This document shows, one piece after another, positions 62,433-64,000 of a stretch of DNA of 64,000 bases. The stretch comes from a virus (Duplodnaviria > Caudoviricetes). The notes under the pieces were generated by a model. It ran no database searches. It was not told where the DNA came from and worked only from the letters and a program-made list of their open reading frames with translations. The position numbers were made by a program, and so were the translations under genes. The DNA lies in the IMG/VR virus record IMGVR_UViG_3300032038_000012, positions 71,792-135,791 of that record. One strand, given 5' to 3'. How positions within the stretch are numbered: the first letter of the stretch is position 1; each line of letters opens with the position of its first letter.

Positions 62433-62831
62433 ATGTTTGATTTTGATTTTGATGATATTTTTACACCAATTTTACTAGATTGGGACAAGAAAAATTACAG
62501 ATTTAATAGAGGAGAAAAAGATATGCATCCATATTCAATTTCCTCAGATGAAGAAAAGACAATTATTGTTCACAATGTTTTAGGTATTAACAAGGAAGAT
62601 TTGAAAGTAACAAAAGAGAAGGAAAATGGAACGACTTATATTGCAATAGAAGGTAAAACAAAAGATAGCCTAACAAAAAGAGAATACTCAGTCAGTTCAA
62701 GATTTGCATTAAATGAAGAGGAGTTAGACCTTTCTAACATCAAATCTAGTATGAGAAATGGGTTACTATACATTATTATTCCAGCAAAAAAACCTGAAAA
62801 ACCAACTAAAGATACAATAGAAATTCTATAA
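62433..62831 (+). CDS. Small heat-shock protein (Hsp20/alpha-crystallin)
   Basis: VLGINKEDLKV, IKSSMRNGLLYIIIP, C-terminal IEI motif. Confidence 0.85.
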   Translation: MFDFDFDDIFTPILLDWDKKNYRFNRGEKDMHPYSISSDEEKTIIVHNVLGINKEDLKVTKEKENGTTYIAIEGKTKDSLTKREYSVSSRFALNEEELDLSNIKSSMRNGLLYIIIPAKKPEKPTKDTIEIL

Positions 62832-62881
62832 TAAAATAAAATAAACATATTGTTTTTTATCTTTGATGCACAAGCGTCATT

Positions 62882-62956
62882 GCACCCTTAGCCAAGTTGG
62901 TAAGGCAACGGACTGCAACTCCGTGATCGCTGGTTCAAATCCAGCAGGGTGCTCCA
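62882..62956 (+). tRNA. tRNA-Cys(GCA)
   Basis: GCACCCT/AGGGTGC acceptor, ACGGA-CTGCAAC-TCCGT, GGTTCAAATCC, U73, CCA encoded. Confidence 0.95.
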
Positions 62957-62957
62957 T

Positions 62958-63010
62958 GCCAACATAAAGAGAGCCTTCCCGCGGCGTTGGTGTTTTTACT
63001 AATCTCTTTA
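62958..63010 (+). ncRNA. Minimal HDV-like (theta) self-cleaving ribozyme
   Basis: P1 GCCAAC/GTTGGT with G1-U wobble, P2 TAAAGAGA/TCTCTTTA, P3 GCC/GGC, L3 TTCCCGC, no P4, J4/2 CTAA (catalytic C 62999). Confidence 0.85.
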
Positions 63011-63014
63011 AAAC

Positions 63015-63395
63015 GGGGCGATACTGCAAACAGTCTCTCCGGAGACTATGATTTTAAACTCAAGCTAGGTAGTAGTGAAAAGAGAACCCCTAGTGAGAAC
63101 CAACAATCTTTTCACAATCAGATTTAGTAACATTCTTTTTAACCCTAAAGATACAAACAGCGAAAAAGGTATCTAATCAATTTTGTGACTCTGTATCTTG
63201 AGTTTTAAGGAAGTTTAATCACTGTAAATGGACTGACAAGATAGAAAGGTCTATTTGTTCATTAGAATTATTTAAGATATGTTAGTCTTTGACTTGAACG
63301 GGGAAAACGTTCCTCATTGACGGGCTCCTCTTAGTATTTTTAAGTAGTTCTATTGTTACAAAAAGCATAGGGTAACCGCCTATGATGAGGAAAAT
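63015..63395 (+). ncRNA. Unidentified structured RNA candidate
   Basis: No credible ORF; several nested and crossing helices (see findings). Confidence 0.45.
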
Positions 63396-63575
63396 TTATA
63401 TATTTTATGGAATTAAAAATAAGAAAAGGATGGGGCAAGCGATTATAAAAACATATCAAAGATTTTGATACTACCATAAGATGCTTGTTATACGAAATCT
63501 GATTTTCTTTATTGATTTTAATTAAAAATTTTAATATAATATATATGTAATAAAAAAGAAAGGGAGTATTCGAAT

Positions 63576-63806
63576 ATGGCAAAAAGAAAAGGTAAATCAG
63601 GTAGCGGAGAAGGATATTATATTATTACTCAAGCTAACCTAGATAAAAAAGGAAAAACAAATAAGAAATTAAAAAGAAATCCTATGGCATCTAAATATCT
63701 TACTGCCAGAGGCAAAGAAATTATAGAGGCGGCTGCAGCTTTTGCTAAAGAACATCCAGCAGGAAGTGGTCGTAGAAACAAGAAAGATGAAAGCAAAGCC
63801 GCTTAA
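63576..63806 (+). CDS. Small highly basic protein
   Basis: Promoter 63512-63540, RBS, Lys/Arg-rich. Confidence 0.7.
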   Translation: MAKRKGKSGSGEGYYIITQANLDKKGKTNKKLKRNPMASKYLTARGKEIIEAAAAFAKEHPAGSGRRNKKDESKAA

Positions 63807-63815
63807 TCTTTTCAT

Positions 63816-63892
63816 GCGGGTGTAACTCAGTTGGTTAGAGTGCACGTCTGATACGCGTGATGTCGGAGGTTCGAATCCTCCCACCCGCACCA
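63816..63892 (+). tRNA. tRNA-Ile(GAT)
   Basis: GCGGGTG/CACCCGC, CACGT-CTGATAC-GCGTG, GGTTCGAATCC, CCA. Confidence 0.95.
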
Positions 63893-63895
63893 TAT

Positions 63896-63984
63896 GCAGA
63901 AGTAACTCAATTGGAAGAGTGTGGGCGTACGCAATCTTAACAACCAGGACACGTGAGTTGTTGGTTCGAATCCAACCTTCTGCA
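63896..63984 (+). tRNA. tRNA-like element with non-canonical anticodon region
   Basis: Perfect acceptor (GCAGAAG/CTTCTGC), D and T arms; the 39-nt middle has no canonical anticodon stem. Confidence 0.6.
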
Positions 63985-64000
63985 AAACCTGGTCGGGTAG

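Noticed and set aside
62882-62956. tRNA-Cys as the UGA suppressor (TGA=Cys or Sec)
   Set aside because: The anticodon is canonical GCA and TGA positions align with Trp; no tRNA(TCA) or Sec machinery is visible in the window
63015-63395. tmRNA, RNase P or group I intron
   Set aside because: Starts GGGGC but lacks the tRNA-like 3' T-arm/CCA, the GAGGAAAGUC core and convincing P7 elements
63576-63806. Basic protein as a ribosomal L27 homolog (MAKRKGKSGSG)
   Set aside because: Only low-complexity N-terminal resemblance; no L27 core motifs
263-63893. Short antisense or alternate-frame ORFs in the track (e.g. 263..454, 7260..7457, 47918..48337, 50143..50661, 63669..63893)
   Set aside because: Shadows of real genes or tRNAs, without RBS or motifs
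63991-64000. Possible start of another tRNA (GGTCGGGTAG)
   Set aside because: Truncated by the window; cannot be identified

Overview
64 kb segment of a large, very AT-rich tailed phage genome, probably infecting a gut Bacillota/Bacilli host (inference). Three blocks: (1) 1-21965 (+) virion tail/fibre/baseplate and holin-like genes; (2) 22105-59150 (-) DNA replication, nucleotide metabolism and RNA-repair genes (RuvC, glycosyltransferases, dUTPase, peptide deformylase, NrdDG, guanylate kinase, DnaE, RecD2/Dda-like helicase, RecJ, primase, DnaB, Sak4, LigA, GyrAB, RNase HI, PNK/phosphoesterase/RNA ligase); (3) 59389-64000 (+) early genes, Hsp20 and the start of a tRNA cluster. The dominant hidden signal is TGA=Trp recoding: I count 24 in-frame TGA codons. 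They break up nine structural/lysis genes and one HNH-like gene and align with TGG in paralogous repeats. The large replication genes are TGA-free, and none of the gene ends I checked uses TGA. Other signals: a complete minimal HDV-like (theta) ribozyme 1 nt after tRNA-Cys; four tail-tip proteins with an L27/Prp-like N-terminal leader (LN-I/M-K/L-RF|A/S); a 17-bp RNA helix enclosing the hsp20 ORF; a separate GGWCTAA late-promoter class; a catalytically dead ClpP; an L33-like protein; an unexplained structured ncRNA; and apparent CCGC/GCGG enrichment. All homology calls come from motif recognition; no searches were run.
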